Origin: Acidimicrobiia bacterium
GTDB taxonomy: Bacteria > Actinomycetota > Acidimicrobiia > Spongiisociales > ZC4RG35
Assembly (NCBI GenBank): GCA_035544575.1
Contig: DATKEC010000132.1
Span: 3,464 to 67,463 of the forward strand
Direction: 5' to 3'
Length of the DNA stretch: 64,000 nucleotides
How positions within the stretch are numbered: position 1 is the stretch's first letter; each line of letters opens with the position of its first letter. The translations under genes and the position numbers were made by a program. Below, one piece after another: positions 39,393-49,703 of this stretch. Below the pieces are notes generated by a model. It was not told the DNA's origin and did no database searches. It saw only the letters and a list, made by a program, of their open reading frames with translations.

Positions 39393-40758
39393 CGGTCCCG
39401 CCCTCTCCGATCTCGAGCGGATCCACATCGTCGGCATCGGTGGCGCCGGCATGTCGGCTCTCGCCCGCTGGCTGTCGGGCCGGGGCCACCGCGTGACCGG
39501 CTCGGATGCGAAGCCGTCCGCAGTGTTGACGGTGTTGTCGGCCGAAGGGATGCAGACCTGGTCCGGTCACGAGCCGGGCCGCGTCACGGATGTCGATCTG
39601 GTGGTCGCCTCCTCGGCGGTGCCGGTCGACGATCCAGAGCTGGTGATGGCGCGGGAGCGGGGGATCCCGGTGTGGGCCCGCCCGGACCTGCTGGCATCGG
39701 TCACCGCTTCGCTCCCGACGATCGGCGCCACCGGCACCCACGGCAAGACCTCCACGACGGCGATGATGGTGGCGGGCGCCCGGGGAGCGGGTCTCGATCC
39801 TTCCTTCGTGGTGGGAGGCGACCTCACCGATCTCGGCACGAACGCCGCCGCTGGGTCCGACGACCTCCTGATCCTCGAAGTCGACGAGGCGTTCGGCACC
39901 TTCGAGCACGTCAGGTTGCAGGGTCTGGTGGTCACGAACATCGAAGCCGACCACCTCGACCACTTCGGGACGCTGGCCGGTGTCGAAGCGGCCTTCGAAC
40001 GGGTGGGTCGCGGTGTCGACGGCGTGGTGCTGGCGTGTGTGGACGACCCCGGTGGCCGCCGGTTCGCGGCGGCGGTGGGGGCGGTCGGATACGGGACCTC
40101 TGCAGATGCCACGTGGCGCGTCAGGGACCTCGACGCCGACGCCACCGGGTCCCGATTCCGGCTCGCCGGCCCGGCCGGCACATGGGAGGTGGCGCTCTCC
40201 CGTCCGGGAGTCCACATGGCTCGCAATGCCGCCGGAGCGCTGGCTCTTCTGCATGCTCGCGGCGTCGACCTCACCGCGGCTGCCGCCGCACTGGCCACGT
40301 TTCGGGGCGTGGGACGGCGATGGGACGTGCGGGGAACGGTGGGTGGCGTCACCGTCGTCGACGACTACGCCCACCACCCGACGGAGGTGGAGGCGACACT
40401 CGCCGCCGCCCGCCAATCGGACCGAAGACTCGTCGCCGTCTTTCAGCCTCACCTGTACTCCCGCACCAGCGTGCATGCCGCCGCTTTCGGTGCCGCCCTC
40501 GCCGAGGCTGCGGTCGTCGTCGTCTTGGACGTGTACGGGGCGAGGGAGCAGCCCATCGCCGGAGTCGACGGCCGGCTGGTGAGCGACGCCGCCCGGGCGG
40601 CGGGTGCCCCGATCGTCGTCGATGTGGCGGATCGGTCCGAGGCGGCCACCGTTGTCTCGGAACTCGTCCGGGCCGGTGACCTGGTGGTGTGCATGGGCGC
40701 CGGCGACATCGGCGAGCTCGGCGACGAACTGGTGCGTCGGTGGGGAGGTGGGACATGA
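39385..40758 (+). CDS. murC: UDP-N-acetylmuramate--L-alanine ligase
   Basis: IHIVGIGGAGMSALA…GTHGKTSTTAM. Confidence 0.9.
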   Translation: MADGPALSDLERIHIVGIGGAGMSALARWLSGRGHRVTGSDAKPSAVLTVLSAEGMQTWSGHEPGRVTDVDLVVASSAVPVDDPELVMARERGIPVWARPDLLASVTASLPTIGATGTHGKTSTTAMMVAGARGAGLDPSFVVGGDLTDLGTNAAAGSDDLLILEVDEAFGTFEHVRLQGLVVTNIEADHLDHFGTLAGVEAAFERVGRGVDGVVLACVDDPGGRRFAAAVGAVGYGTSADATWRVRDLDADATGSRFRLAGPAGTWEVALSRPGVHMARNAAGALALLHARGVDLTAAAAALATFRGVGRRWDVRGTVGGVTVVDDYAHHPTEVEATLAAARQSDRRLVAVFQPHLYSRTSVHAAAFGAALAEAAVVVVLDVYGAREQPIAGVDGRLVSDAARAAGAPIVVDVADRSEAATVVSELVRAGDLVVCMGAGDIGELGDELVRRWGGGT

Positions 40759-41642
40759 CAGCCCTCGATCGCCTCGCAGTGGTGCGCCGCGATGTGCCGC
40801 TGGGTCCACTGACGACCTACAAGCTGGGCGGGCCGGCGTCCTTCTACGCCGAGGTCCAGAGCCGGGCCGAGCTCGATCAGGTGCTCGAGGCGTGGCGGTC
40901 GACCGACCTGCCGCTGTTGGTGTTGGGACGCGGCAGCAACCTGGTGGTCGCCGATGACGGGATCGACGCACTCGTCCTACGGTTGGCGGGCACGTTCGGA
41001 CTCGTCATGCACGAGCCGGATGCGGTGTGGGCCGGGGCGGCGGTGCGTCTGCCGCAATTGGCCCGGGCCGCGGTGGGCGAGGGGCGCCTCGGACTCGAGT
41101 TCTACGTCGGCATCCCCGGCAGCGTCGGCGGGGCGGTGCGTCAGAACGCCGGCGGCCATGGGAGGGAGACCCGCGACGTCCTGGTGACGGCGACGGTGCT
41201 CGATGGGCGCGAAGGCAGTGTGACGTCGCGCACGGGCGTCGACCTCGAGCTCTCCTACCGCCACTCGTCGCTCACTCCGAACGAGGTGGTGACCGACGCC
41301 CGGTTCCGCTTCGAAAAGGGTGATCCCTCCGAAGGTGAGGCCCGGATGCGCGAGATCACCCGGTGGCGCAAGGAGTATCAGCCGGGTGGCACGCTCAACG
41401 CCGGCAGCGTGTTCAAGAATCCCGCCGACGACAGCGCAGGACGCATCATCGATTCGCTCGGTCTGAAGGGGATGGCGGTGGGTGACGTCTCGGTGAGCGA
41501 CAAACATGCCAACTTCTTCGTGGCGGGACCGAACGCCACCGCGTCGGACCTGTATCGCCTCGTCGCCGAGGTGCGGGCGATCGTTGCGGACCGCACGGGT
41601 GTGGAACTGGAGACCGAGATCCAGTTCGAAGGTTTCGCCTGA
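40755..41642 (+). CDS. murB: UDP-N-acetylenolpyruvoylglucosamine reductase
   Basis: ATGA overlap with murC. …PLGPLTTYKLGGPA…GRGSNLVV… FAD-binding MurB. Confidence 0.88.
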   Translation: MTALDRLAVVRRDVPLGPLTTYKLGGPASFYAEVQSRAELDQVLEAWRSTDLPLLVLGRGSNLVVADDGIDALVLRLAGTFGLVMHEPDAVWAGAAVRLPQLARAAVGEGRLGLEFYVGIPGSVGGAVRQNAGGHGRETRDVLVTATVLDGREGSVTSRTGVDLELSYRHSSLTPNEVVTDARFRFEKGDPSEGEARMREITRWRKEYQPGGTLNAGSVFKNPADDSAGRIIDSLGLKGMAVGDVSVSDKHANFFVAGPNATASDLYRLVAEVRAIVADRTGVELETEIQFEGFA

Positions 41643-42370
41643 TGGATCCGAGACTGGCCGCCCGGCGGCGCACCGTCGCCGAGACCAGGGTCCGCGCCGG
41701 GATCCGCCGCTTGCTGCTGATCGTCGTCATGGTCGGCGTCGGGGCGGCGACGCTGGCCGTACTTCGCTCTCCCGTGTTCGCGCTGGAGCGGATCGAGGTG
41801 GCGGGGAAGTCTCAGACGGACCCGGTGGCGATGCTGGGGGCGGCCGGGGTCGTCGAGGGAGTGCCGCTCATCGAGATCGACCTGGAGGCCGCTGAGGAGG
41901 CGCTGATGGCCGATCCGCGAGTTGTCACGGCCGATGTCGGCCGGCAATGGCCAACCGGGCTCGAGGTGAACGTGACTGAACGCTTCGGAGTGGCCTGGGT
42001 GGATCGCGGTGCCGGCTGGGAGCACCTCGCCCCCGACGGCGTCATGATCGAACTCGGCGACCCCGGCCCGGTGGCGCCTCGCATCAGGTCCGAGGCCGCC
42101 AGCGGGCGATCACTGGACGCGGCTCTGCGCTTCGTTGCGGCGCTGCCCGAGCCGCTGCGAGCGGGGCTCGTGATCGACGCCCGCAGCGACGAGCTGAGCG
42201 CGACGTGGCAGGGAATGGTCATCAGACTGGGCCGTCCGACGGACATGGAGGCGAAGGCGCGGTCGCTGGAGGCGGTGCTCGCCGGTCAACCCGAACCGGG
42301 CTCTGAGATCACTCTGATTGCCCCCGATCGTCCGGCGGTGCTCCCTCCAGCCGGCGAACCGGAGGAGTGA
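41642..42370 (+). CDS. ftsQ: cell-division protein FtsQ/DivIB (POTRA domain)
   Basis: N-terminal TM, POTRA (…LERIEVAGKSQTDPVAML…). Position before ftsZ. Confidence 0.8.
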   Translation: MDPRLAARRRTVAETRVRAGIRRLLLIVVMVGVGAATLAVLRSPVFALERIEVAGKSQTDPVAMLGAAGVVEGVPLIEIDLEAAEEALMADPRVVTADVGRQWPTGLEVNVTERFGVAWVDRGAGWEHLAPDGVMIELGDPGPVAPRIRSEAASGRSLDAALRFVAALPEPLRAGLVIDARSDELSATWQGMVIRLGRPTDMEAKARSLEAVLAGQPEPGSEITLIAPDRPAVLPPAGEPEE

Positions 42371-42502
42371 CGGTCATGTTGCTCGTCACTCTCAACCTCT
42401 AGTCGAACCTTATGGCCATGGGGTTTACGTAGCCCGAATCGATGTGTAAACCTTCGGTTGACCCTTTCGGTTACGGCCGAAGACAACCCGTGAGGATTCA
42501 AC

Positions 42503-43549
42503 ATGAGCAAGGCAGCAAGCGGCGGATATTTGGCCGTCATCAAAGTCGTTGGAGTGGGTGGTGGCGGTGTCAATGCCATCAACCGCATGATCGACGCCGG
42601 CGTGCGCGGCGTGGAGTTCATCGCGTTGAACACCGACGCCCAGGCACTCCTGATGTCGGATGCGGACGTCAAGCTCGACATCGGTCGGGACATCACCCGC
42701 GGACTCGGCGCGGGCGCCAACCCCGAAGTCGGCAAGGCGGCCGCCGAAGCACACCGAGCCGAACTCGAAGACGTCCTCAAAGGTGCAGACATGGTCTTCA
42801 TCACCGCCGGCGAAGGCGGCGGCACCGGCACCGGCGGCGCCCCGATCGTGGCCGAGGTGGCCAAGTCGCTGGGAGCGCTGACGGTGGGTGTCGTCACCCG
42901 CCCCTTCGGCTTCGAGGGCCGGCGGCGGGCGTTGCACGCCGAAGAGGGAATCCAGGCATTGCGCGAGGCGGTCGACACGCTCATCGTCATCCCCAACGAT
43001 CGTTTGCTCGAAGTGGGTGACCCGAAGGCGCCGATGACCGAGACGTTCCGCATCGCAGACGAGATCCTCACCAACGGCGTGTCGGGCATCACCGACCTCA
43101 TCACCACTCCCGGTCTCATCAACGTCGACTTCGCCGACGTCAAGGCGGTGATGTCCGATGCCGGAACTGCGGTGATGGGAATCGGCCGGGCGTCCGGTGA
43201 CGAGCGAGCCCAGCAGGCTGCCAACCGGGCGATCTCCTCGCCGCTGCTCGAGACGTCGATGGAAGGCGCCCGTGGTGTGCTGCTCTCGGTGGCCGGACCG
43301 AACAACATGACGCTGCTCGAGGCAACCACCGCCGCCAACGTCGTGGCCAGTCACGCCGACGATGACGCCGAGGTGATCTTCGGCGCACTCGTCGACGACG
43401 ATCTCGGCGACGAGATGCGGGTGACGGTGATCGCCGCCGGGTTCGACCGGGCCGGCGGTCGCCGCACGTCGCGGCGTCCCGTGACCGCAGTCAGGCCGAG
43501 CGGCGCCGATGACGACGACCTCGAGATCCCGAGTTTCGTGAAGGGATGA
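42503..43549 (+). CDS. ftsZ: cell-division GTPase FtsZ
   Basis: [13 protein letters not shown]…tubulin signature GGGTGTG…NDRLLEV. Confidence 0.97.
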   Translation: MSKAASGGYLAVIKVVGVGGGGVNAINRMIDAGVRGVEFIALNTDAQALLMSDADVKLDIGRDITRGLGAGANPEVGKAAAEAHRAELEDVLKGADMVFITAGEGGGTGTGGAPIVAEVAKSLGALTVGVVTRPFGFEGRRRALHAEEGIQALREAVDTLIVIPNDRLLEVGDPKAPMTETFRIADEILTNGVSGITDLITTPGLINVDFADVKAVMSDAGTAVMGIGRASGDERAQQAANRAISSPLLETSMEGARGVLLSVAGPNNMTLLEATTAANVVASHADDDAEVIFGALVDDDLGDEMRVTVIAAGFDRAGGRRTSRRPVTAVRPSGADDDDLEIPSFVKG

Positions 43550-44136
43550 TCGCCCCCCGCCCCGGCGTCGTCTTCACGACGGCCGCCGACGGTGACATGC
43601 GCGGCGACCACAGCCGTCGGTACGGCCTCGGTGCACCAGACGACTGGGCCACCGTGCGACAGGTGCACGGCGCCGACATCGTGGAGGTGGCCGGCCCCGG
43701 TGACCAGGGCGCTGCCGACGGCCTCACGACGCGCCGCGCCGGTCTCGCTCTGGCAGTCTTCACCGCCGACTGCCTCGGAGTCGTGCTGCACGGCCCATCT
43801 CAAGTGACCGTCGTTCACGCCGGATGGCGAGGTCTCGCCGGCGGCGTCGTGGAGCGGGCGGTGGCGTCGATGGACGTCGTCGAATCTGCGGTGATCGGCC
43901 CGCACATCCGGTCGTGCTGCTTCGAGGTCGGTCCGGAAGTGGCGGCGCGGTTCGCCGAACACACGGCCCAGACCACCTGGGGGACCACCTCTGTCGATAT
44001 GGCGGCGGCCGTTGCAGCCCGTCTCCCCGTCTCCCCGGACGTTGTCGACCTTTGCACTCGCTGCGGGAGCGACACCTTTTCGCACCGGAGAGACGCCACC
44101 GCCTTCCGTCTGGCGGCGGTCGGGTGGATCCCATGA
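43546..44136 (+). CDS. pgeF: YfiH/PgeF (LACC1-family) purine-nucleoside-phosphorylase / polyphenol-oxidase-like protein
   Basis: …[10 protein letters not shown]…HAGWRG…CCFEVG… Conserved position after ftsZ. Confidence 0.8.
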   Translation: MIAPRPGVVFTTAADGDMRGDHSRRYGLGAPDDWATVRQVHGADIVEVAGPGDQGAADGLTTRRAGLALAVFTADCLGVVLHGPSQVTVVHAGWRGLAGGVVERAVASMDVVESAVIGPHIRSCCFEVGPEVAARFAEHTAQTTWGTTSVDMAAAVAARLPVSPDVVDLCTRCGSDTFSHRRDATAFRLAAVGWIP

Positions 44137-44780
44137 GCCTCCAGGCGGTCGAACACCGGATCGGCGAGGCCTGTGTCCGCGCCGGTCGTGACCGCTCCGA
44201 CGTCACGCTGGTGGCGGTGGCGAAGGGCCAGTCGGTCGAGACCATCCGCGCGCTCTACGACCAGGGGCATCGCGACTTTGGCGAGAACCGCGCCCAGGAG
44301 TTGCGGGACAAGGTCGACGAGCTTCCGGCGGACATCCGCTGGCACTTCGTCGGCCCGCTCCAGTCCAACAAGGTGCGGGTGGTCAGGCCGGCCGTCTTCG
44401 TGCTGCACTCGATGGATCGCGAGTCGCTCGCAGTGGCGTGGCTCAAAGGCCCGGGCCATCCGCCGCCCGTCTACCTCCAGGTGAACATCGGCGCCGAGGA
44501 ACAGAAGTCGGGCGTGAGTCGGGGCGACGCCCCCCGGTTCTGTGGCCGCCTGGTGTCGCTGGGGATCGACGTGGTCGGCCTGATGGCGATCCCTCCACTG
44601 GCCGAGGACCCCGAAGCCGCCCGGCCGCACTTTTCGTCCCTCCGCGAACTGCGCGACGAGATCGCGGTCGAACATGGGTCGGTCGTGGGGCTTTCCATGG
44701 GCATGACCGACGACTTCGAGGTGGCGATATCCGAAGGAGCCACGTCGATACGTGTGGGTCGGGCTATCTTTGCCGATTGA
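44133..44780 (+). CDS. yggS: YggS-family pyridoxal-phosphate homeostasis protein
   Basis: ATGA overlap with pgeF. …LVAVAKGQSVE…HFVGPLQSNKV…SMGMTDDFE. Confidence 0.85.
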   Translation: MSLQAVEHRIGEACVRAGRDRSDVTLVAVAKGQSVETIRALYDQGHRDFGENRAQELRDKVDELPADIRWHFVGPLQSNKVRVVRPAVFVLHSMDRESLAVAWLKGPGHPPPVYLQVNIGAEEQKSGVSRGDAPRFCGRLVSLGIDVVGLMAIPPLAEDPEAARPHFSSLRELRDEIAVEHGSVVGLSMGMTDDFEVAISEGATSIRVGRAIFAD

Positions 44781-44792
44781 GGTTCAACATTC

Positions 44793-45317
44793 ATGCCCCA
44801 AGATTCACTCTTCAGTAAAGCCCTCGTCTATCTCGGTCTCGTCGACGAGGATCAGATGGACGGTAACGACTCCGGTTATGTCGACACCGAGCAGCTCGCC
44901 AGCGACCGGCGGAACCAGCCCGTGCCGTTGGACGAGGGCCGCAGAGTCGAGCCCGCCGCCGCGGCCTCACGTACGGTCGCGCCCCGGCGCAACACCGAGC
45001 CGTCCATCGCCGGAGTCCGCCAGATCCGGCCCGAGGCCCAAGCCGACATCCTCGTCATCGACGAGTTCGGCGACGCCAAGATCCTCGCCGACCGGGTGCG
45101 GGATCGGATCCCGGTCGTGCTCGACTTCCGCAGGGTCGACGACGATCTCGCGCGCCGGGTCGTCGATTTCTCGTCGGGCCTCATCTACGCCCTCGACGGC
45201 ACCATGTCACGGGTCGGCAAAGGCCTGGTCTTGGTGCTGCCGCCGTCGACGCGGATCGACGCCGACGAGAAGCGCCGACTCTCCTCACTTGGCGCCTACG
45301 AGCTCCCGATCGAATGA
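44793..45317 (+). CDS. sepF: cell-division protein SepF
   Basis: MPQDSLFSKALVYLGLVDED… and C-terminal SepF domain (ILVIDEF…VVLDFRRVDDDLARRVVDFSSGLIYALDG). Confidence 0.9.
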   Translation: MPQDSLFSKALVYLGLVDEDQMDGNDSGYVDTEQLASDRRNQPVPLDEGRRVEPAAAASRTVAPRRNTEPSIAGVRQIRPEAQADILVIDEFGDAKILADRVRDRIPVVLDFRRVDDDLARRVVDFSSGLIYALDGTMSRVGKGLVLVLPPSTRIDADEKRRLSSLGAYELPIE

Positions 45318-45329
45318 TCGCCGCTCGGA

Positions 45330-45590
45330 ATGGGTGACATCCTCGCCGACATCGTCGGGATATACCGGATCGCCGTCTTCGCCTGGATCATCATGTCCTG
45401 GGTGCGGATCTCCTCGACCCATCCGCTCGCCCGACTGCAATTGTTCCTCGATCGGATCATCTACCCGGCAGTTCTGCCGTTGCGACGCGTGCTTCCGCCG
45501 CTGCGGGTGGGCGGGATGATGCTCGACTTGTCTCCGATCGTGTTGTTGATCGGACTCACCTTGCTGCAAGGTTTCTTGCGTTCGTTGTGA
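45330..45590 (+). CDS. yggT: YggT-family membrane protein
   Basis: 86 aa with two TM helices. …ISWVRI…YPAVLPLRRVLPP… YggT pattern. Confidence 0.8.
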   Translation: MGDILADIVGIYRIAVFAWIIMSWVRISSTHPLARLQLFLDRIIYPAVLPLRRVLPPLRVGGMMLDLSPIVLLIGLTLLQGFLRSL

Positions 45591-45653
45591 TCGTTGGTTC
45601 TGGTAGGGCCGATCCGTACAATCTGCCGACGACTTCCGGGGGAAGAACACAAC

Positions 45654-46397
45654 ATGCCTCTGACACCGATCGATGTACAGCAGAAGACCTTCGGGACTGC
45701 CCTGCGTGGCTACGACCTCGACGAGGTCGACGACTTCCTGGACGACATCGTCACGGCCCTCAAGGATTACGAGCAGCGGCTCCGTGACGCTCAGGAGCGG
45801 ATTGCCACCCTCGAAATGGAGATGACCGACCGAGGGGACGCCGAAGGGGCGATCGCCCGGGCTCTGGTCGCGGCGCAGCGTTCCGCCGACTCGATCATCG
45901 CCGACGCCAAGGCCGAAGCGGACAAGATCGTCGGCGATGCCCACAACGAGGCATCCGAGATGAGCAGGGCCCGTGACGTCGAGAAGGCCGATGCCGAGGC
46001 GGAGATCGGCCGCATCCGCGGCATCGTCGACGACCTGCGGGTTCGGCTCGGTGAGTTGACGGCGGCAGTGGGCGTTCCCCTCGACCAAGCGGACACCACC
46101 ATCGCCACGGCGCTGGAAGACCTCGAGGTCGTCGAGTTCGAGCCGGCAGTCACCGACTTCGAAGAACCCGTCTCCTCCTGGGAGCAGCCGTCGGCGGTGG
46201 ACGAGCTCGAGGAGTTGAACGACGACTCCGAAGACGAATTCGTCGAGTCGGAAGATTCGGGCCAGAGCGTCGACGACAGCGACGACTACGACGACGAGTC
46301 AGTCGAAGACTCCGAGGATGATGAGGACTCGTCGGTCCCCGACTGGGCCTCCACCGACGAAGACGAAACCCCCGTCCGCCCCTGGGAAGTCGGCTAG
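45654..46397 (+). CDS. divIVA: DivIVA-domain protein (Wag31-like)
   Basis: MPLTPIDVQQKTFGTALRGYDLDEVDDFLD… then coiled coil and acidic tail. GGGGGAAG RBS. Confidence 0.9.
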   Translation: MPLTPIDVQQKTFGTALRGYDLDEVDDFLDDIVTALKDYEQRLRDAQERIATLEMEMTDRGDAEGAIARALVAAQRSADSIIADAKAEADKIVGDAHNEASEMSRARDVEKADAEAEIGRIRGIVDDLRVRLGELTAAVGVPLDQADTTIATALEDLEVVEFEPAVTDFEEPVSSWEQPSAVDELEELNDDSEDEFVESEDSGQSVDDSDDYDDESVEDSEDDEDSSVPDWASTDEDETPVRPWEVG

Positions 46398-46410
46398 GCC
46401 CCGTTCTCTG

Positions 46411-46440
46411 TTGCTTCCCGCCGGCCCGCAGGGCCGGATT
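46411..46440 (-). repeat. inverted copy of the core of the 74-bp repeat (TTGCTTCCCGCCGGCCCGCAGGGCCGG), forming a GC hairpin between convergent divIVA and ileS
   Basis: Seen in sequence. Matches the reverse complement of the 29380-29407 core in roughly 24 of 26 positions. Confidence 0.6.
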
Positions 46441-46465
46441 GGGGATGGGGTGTTCCTTCCCGCCG

Positions 46466-49400
46466 TCAGCTCCGTTCGACCTGCAACCTGAGATCGAGTT
46501 CGGTGTCCGGGGCGGCTTCGACAGGTCCGCGGGTCACTGTTGAAGCCAGCGTCTCGCCTGCGATCACATCCCCGTGTCGTGCGAACGCCGCCACCACGGC
46601 GGCGTCGTCGCTCTGCCATGTCAGACTGATCCGGTCGGTGACGGCGAGATCCTTCTGGCGGCGCATGCCCTGGACGCGGCTGATGACCTCCCGAGCCATC
46701 CCGAGCACGACGAGGTCTTCGTCGAGCGTGGTGTCGAGGGCGACTGCCAGTCCTCCGGCCGCCTCGACGACGACGCCCTCGCGCGCAACACGCTGGACGA
46801 GAACGTCTGCGGCGGTGATCGACATGCCCCCGACGTCGATGGTGGCTCCGTCCAGCAGCCTGCCCACGTCGTCTGATGGGAGGGCCGCGATCTCTGCGGC
46901 TACTTCTTTCATCCGCGGCCCCAGCTGGGGTCCCAGCTTCTTGAAGTCGGCCTTGCAGGAGAGTTCGACCAGTCCCGTTTCGTCCGAGGCGACGTCCACG
47001 GAGAGCACGTTCAACTCGTCGGCGACGAGTTCCCAATGCGACGCCACGGCCGCTTTCACTGCCGTGTCGTGGGTCAGCACGGTTGCCGTTCGGAGCGGCT
47101 GGCGCACTTTCAACTCGTGTTTGGACCGGAGGGCATGGCCGAGCGCCACCACTTCGCGGACTGTGCGCATGGCGGCTTCGAGGTCGGTGTCGATGACGCT
47201 GACGTCGGCGGTGGGGAAGTCGAGGTGGTGGACGCTGGCCGGCGCCGACGGATCCCTCTCGGCGACGAGGGTCTGATACAGCCGCTCGGTGATGAAGGGC
47301 AGCACAGGAGCGAGCACTGCCGAGAACGTGGCCAGGACCTCGTACAGCGTGGCGAACGCGGCCAGTTTGTCGGCTTCGTCGGCAGCGGTGCGAGCCGCCC
47401 AGAATCGGCGCCGGGATCGGCGCACGTACCAGTTGGTGAGGTCGTCGATGAATCCGAGCGTCGGCGGGATGACGTTGTAGAGGTAGTAGCCCTCCATCTG
47501 TTCGTTGACGGCGGCGACGAGTGACTGGAGCCCGGAGATGATCCAGCGGTCCATCTCGGGGCGTTCGGCCACGGGCGGGGCGGAGACCAGGTCGGCCAGC
47601 GTGATGCCGTCGGCCTCGGCGTAGGTGGTGAAGAAGGAGAAGGTGTTCCACAGCGGGAGCAGGACCGTGCGGACGACGTGGCGGACGCCTTCTTCGGTGA
47701 AGCGGAGCGGTTCGGCCCGCAGCACCGGAGAGTTGATGAGGAACGCCCGCAGGGCGTCGGCCCCGGAGGATTCGAAGATGCTCGCCGGATCCGCGTAGTT
47801 CTTGAGGCTCTTGGACATCTTGCGGCCGTCTTCGGCCAGGATCATCCCGTTGACGACACAGTTCTTGAACGACGGCGCGTCGTACAGCAGCGTCGAGAGG
47901 ACGTGGAGGGTGTAGAACCAGCCGCGGGTCTGGTCGAGACCTTCGGCGATGAATTCTGCGGGGAAGGCCCGGGCGAAGCGGTCCTGGTTCTCGAACGGGT
48001 AGTGGATCTGTGCGTAGGGCATCGAGCCGGATTCGAACCAGCAGTCGAGGACCTCGGGGATGCGGGTCATCGTCCCGCCACAGTCGGGACAGGGGAAGGT
48101 GACGGGGTCGACGAAGTGGCTGTGGAGGTCGTCGAGGCGCACACCGGAGCGCTCGTACAACTCGTCGATCGAGCCGATGCATTCGGCGTGCTCACAGCTG
48201 TCGCAACGCCACACCGGGATGCACGAACCCCAGTAGCGGTTGCGGCTCACGGCCCAGTCACGGGCTCCTTCCAGCCAGTTGCCGAACCGCCGCGACCCGA
48301 CGTATTCGGGTACCCAGTGGATCTCGTCGTTCGTTTCGACGAGCCGGTCGGTGTGGTCGCTGACTTTGACGAACCACGTCGGGATGACCTTGTAGATGAG
48401 CGGCGTGCCGGTGCGGTAGCAGAACGGGTACGAGTGCCGGATCCGTTCGTTGCGGACCAGGATTCCTTGATCCTTGAGCAACCCGATCAGCGTGTGGTCG
48501 GCTTCCTTGATGTTCATGCCCGTCACCGGCGGCACTTCCTCGGTGAACTTGCCTTCGGCGTCGACGGGGTCGACCAGCACGTCGATTCCGGCCCCCTGGA
48601 GCGAGTAGAAGTCGGCTTCGCCGTAGGCGGGGGCCATGTGGACGAGGCCGGTGCCTTCTTCGGTGGTGACGGTGTCGGACTCGATGACCCGGAACGCGCC
48701 CCGGTCCCGCTCGCCTTCGAAGAAGTCGAACGGGGGTCGGTATGAGACGCCGAGCAGGTCTGCACCCTTGGCGCGGGCGGCGGCCTCCGGTGTCTCCTTC
48801 CAGTATGTGCCGACTCGGTCGGCTGCCAGCCAGAATCGGCCGTCGGCATCGTCGATCCGCACGTATTCGAGTTCGGTGCCGACCGCGATCGCCAGGTTGC
48901 CGGGCAGCGTCCACGGCGTGGTCGTCCAGATCAGGAGGCGGTCACCGGCTTGGACCGCTCCGGCGCCGTCGAGGACTTCGAGGCTCACGGTGATCGAAGG
49001 GTCGTCGGTGTCGCGGTAGTCGAGGTTGGCTTCGAAGTTGGAGAGCGGTGTCGTCGCGCCCCAGGAGTAGGGGAGGACCTTGAAGTCCTCATAGATCAGG
49101 CCCTTGTCCCAGAGTTGCTTGAAGACCCACCACACGGATTCCATGAAGTCGGTGTCCATGGTCTTGTAGTCGTCGTCCATGTCCACCCAGCGGCCCATCC
49201 GCCGGACGAGGTGCTCCCACTCGTCGGCGGTGTTCTCGACGAGGGCGCGGCAGGCTTCGTTGAAGGCGCCGATGCCGTACTCGGCGATCTGCTTCGGTCC
49301 GGAGATTCCGAGCTGTTTCTCGACCTCCATCTCGATGGGGAGGCCGTGGGTGTCCCAACCAAAGCGGCGTTCCACCCGGAAGCCCTTCATCGCCCAGAAG

Positions 49401-49624
49401 CGCGGGACGACGTCTTTGATCACTCCGGCGAGGATGTGGCCGTAGTGCGGGCTGCCGTTGGCGAACGGCGGGCCGTCGTAGAAGACGTAGTCCTTTTCGA
49501 CAGGCCGCATCTCCACTTGGGTCTTGAACGCGCCGATCCGGTCCCACAAGTCGAGGATGCCGCGCTCCATCGCCGGGAGGTCGGCGCGAGGTTCGACACG
49601 GGTGAAGTCGGATTTCTTCGACAT
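46466..49624 (-). CDS. ileS: isoleucine--tRNA ligase
   Basis: 1052 aa. HYGH (…NGSPHYGHIL…) and KMSKS (GRKMSKSLKN) class I motifs and a large editing domain. Confidence 0.97.
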   Translation of the reverse strand: MSKKSDFTRVEPRADLPAMERGILDLWDRIGAFKTQVEMRPVEKDYVFYDGPPFANGSPHYGHILAGVIKDVVPRFWAMKGFRVERRFGWDTHGLPIEMEVEKQLGISGPKQIAEYGIGAFNEACRALVENTADEWEHLVRRMGRWVDMDDDYKTMDTDFMESVWWVFKQLWDKGLIYEDFKVLPYSWGATTPLSNFEANLDYRDTDDPSITVSLEVLDGAGAVQAGDRLLIWTTTPWTLPGNLAIAVGTELEYVRIDDADGRFWLAADRVGTYWKETPEAAARAKGADLLGVSYRPPFDFFEGERDRGAFRVIESDTVTTEEGTGLVHMAPAYGEADFYSLQGAGIDVLVDPVDAEGKFTEEVPPVTGMNIKEADHTLIGLLKDQGILVRNERIRHSYPFCYRTGTPLIYKVIPTWFVKVSDHTDRLVETNDEIHWVPEYVGSRRFGNWLEGARDWAVSRNRYWGSCIPVWRCDSCEHAECIGSIDELYERSGVRLDDLHSHFVDPVTFPCPDCGGTMTRIPEVLDCWFESGSMPYAQIHYPFENQDRFARAFPAEFIAEGLDQTRGWFYTLHVLSTLLYDAPSFKNCVVNGMILAEDGRKMSKSLKNYADPASIFESSGADALRAFLINSPVLRAEPLRFTEEGVRHVVRTVLLPLWNTFSFFTTYAEADGITLADLVSAPPVAERPEMDRWIISGLQSLVAAVNEQMEGYYLYNVIPPTLGFIDDLTNWYVRRSRRRFWAARTAADEADKLAAFATLYEVLATFSAVLAPVLPFITERLYQTLVAERDPSAPASVHHLDFPTADVSVIDTDLEAAMRTVREVVALGHALRSKHELKVRQPLRTATVLTHDTAVKAAVASHWELVADELNVLSVDVASDETGLVELSCKADFKKLGPQLGPRMKEVAAEIAALPSDDVGRLLDGATIDVGGMSITAADVLVQRVAREGVVVEAAGGLAVALDTTLDEDLVVLGMAREVISRVQGMRRQKDLAVTDRISLTWQSDDAAVVAAFARHGDVIAGETLASTVTRGPVEAAPDTELDLRLQVERS

Positions 49625-49703
49625 GGGAGGGAAAGGATACGCCCGTCACGGGTTTCACCCGCCGGCTTTGCCCGGCGGCCAGACTGGGGCGGTGGAACCG
49701 TGG

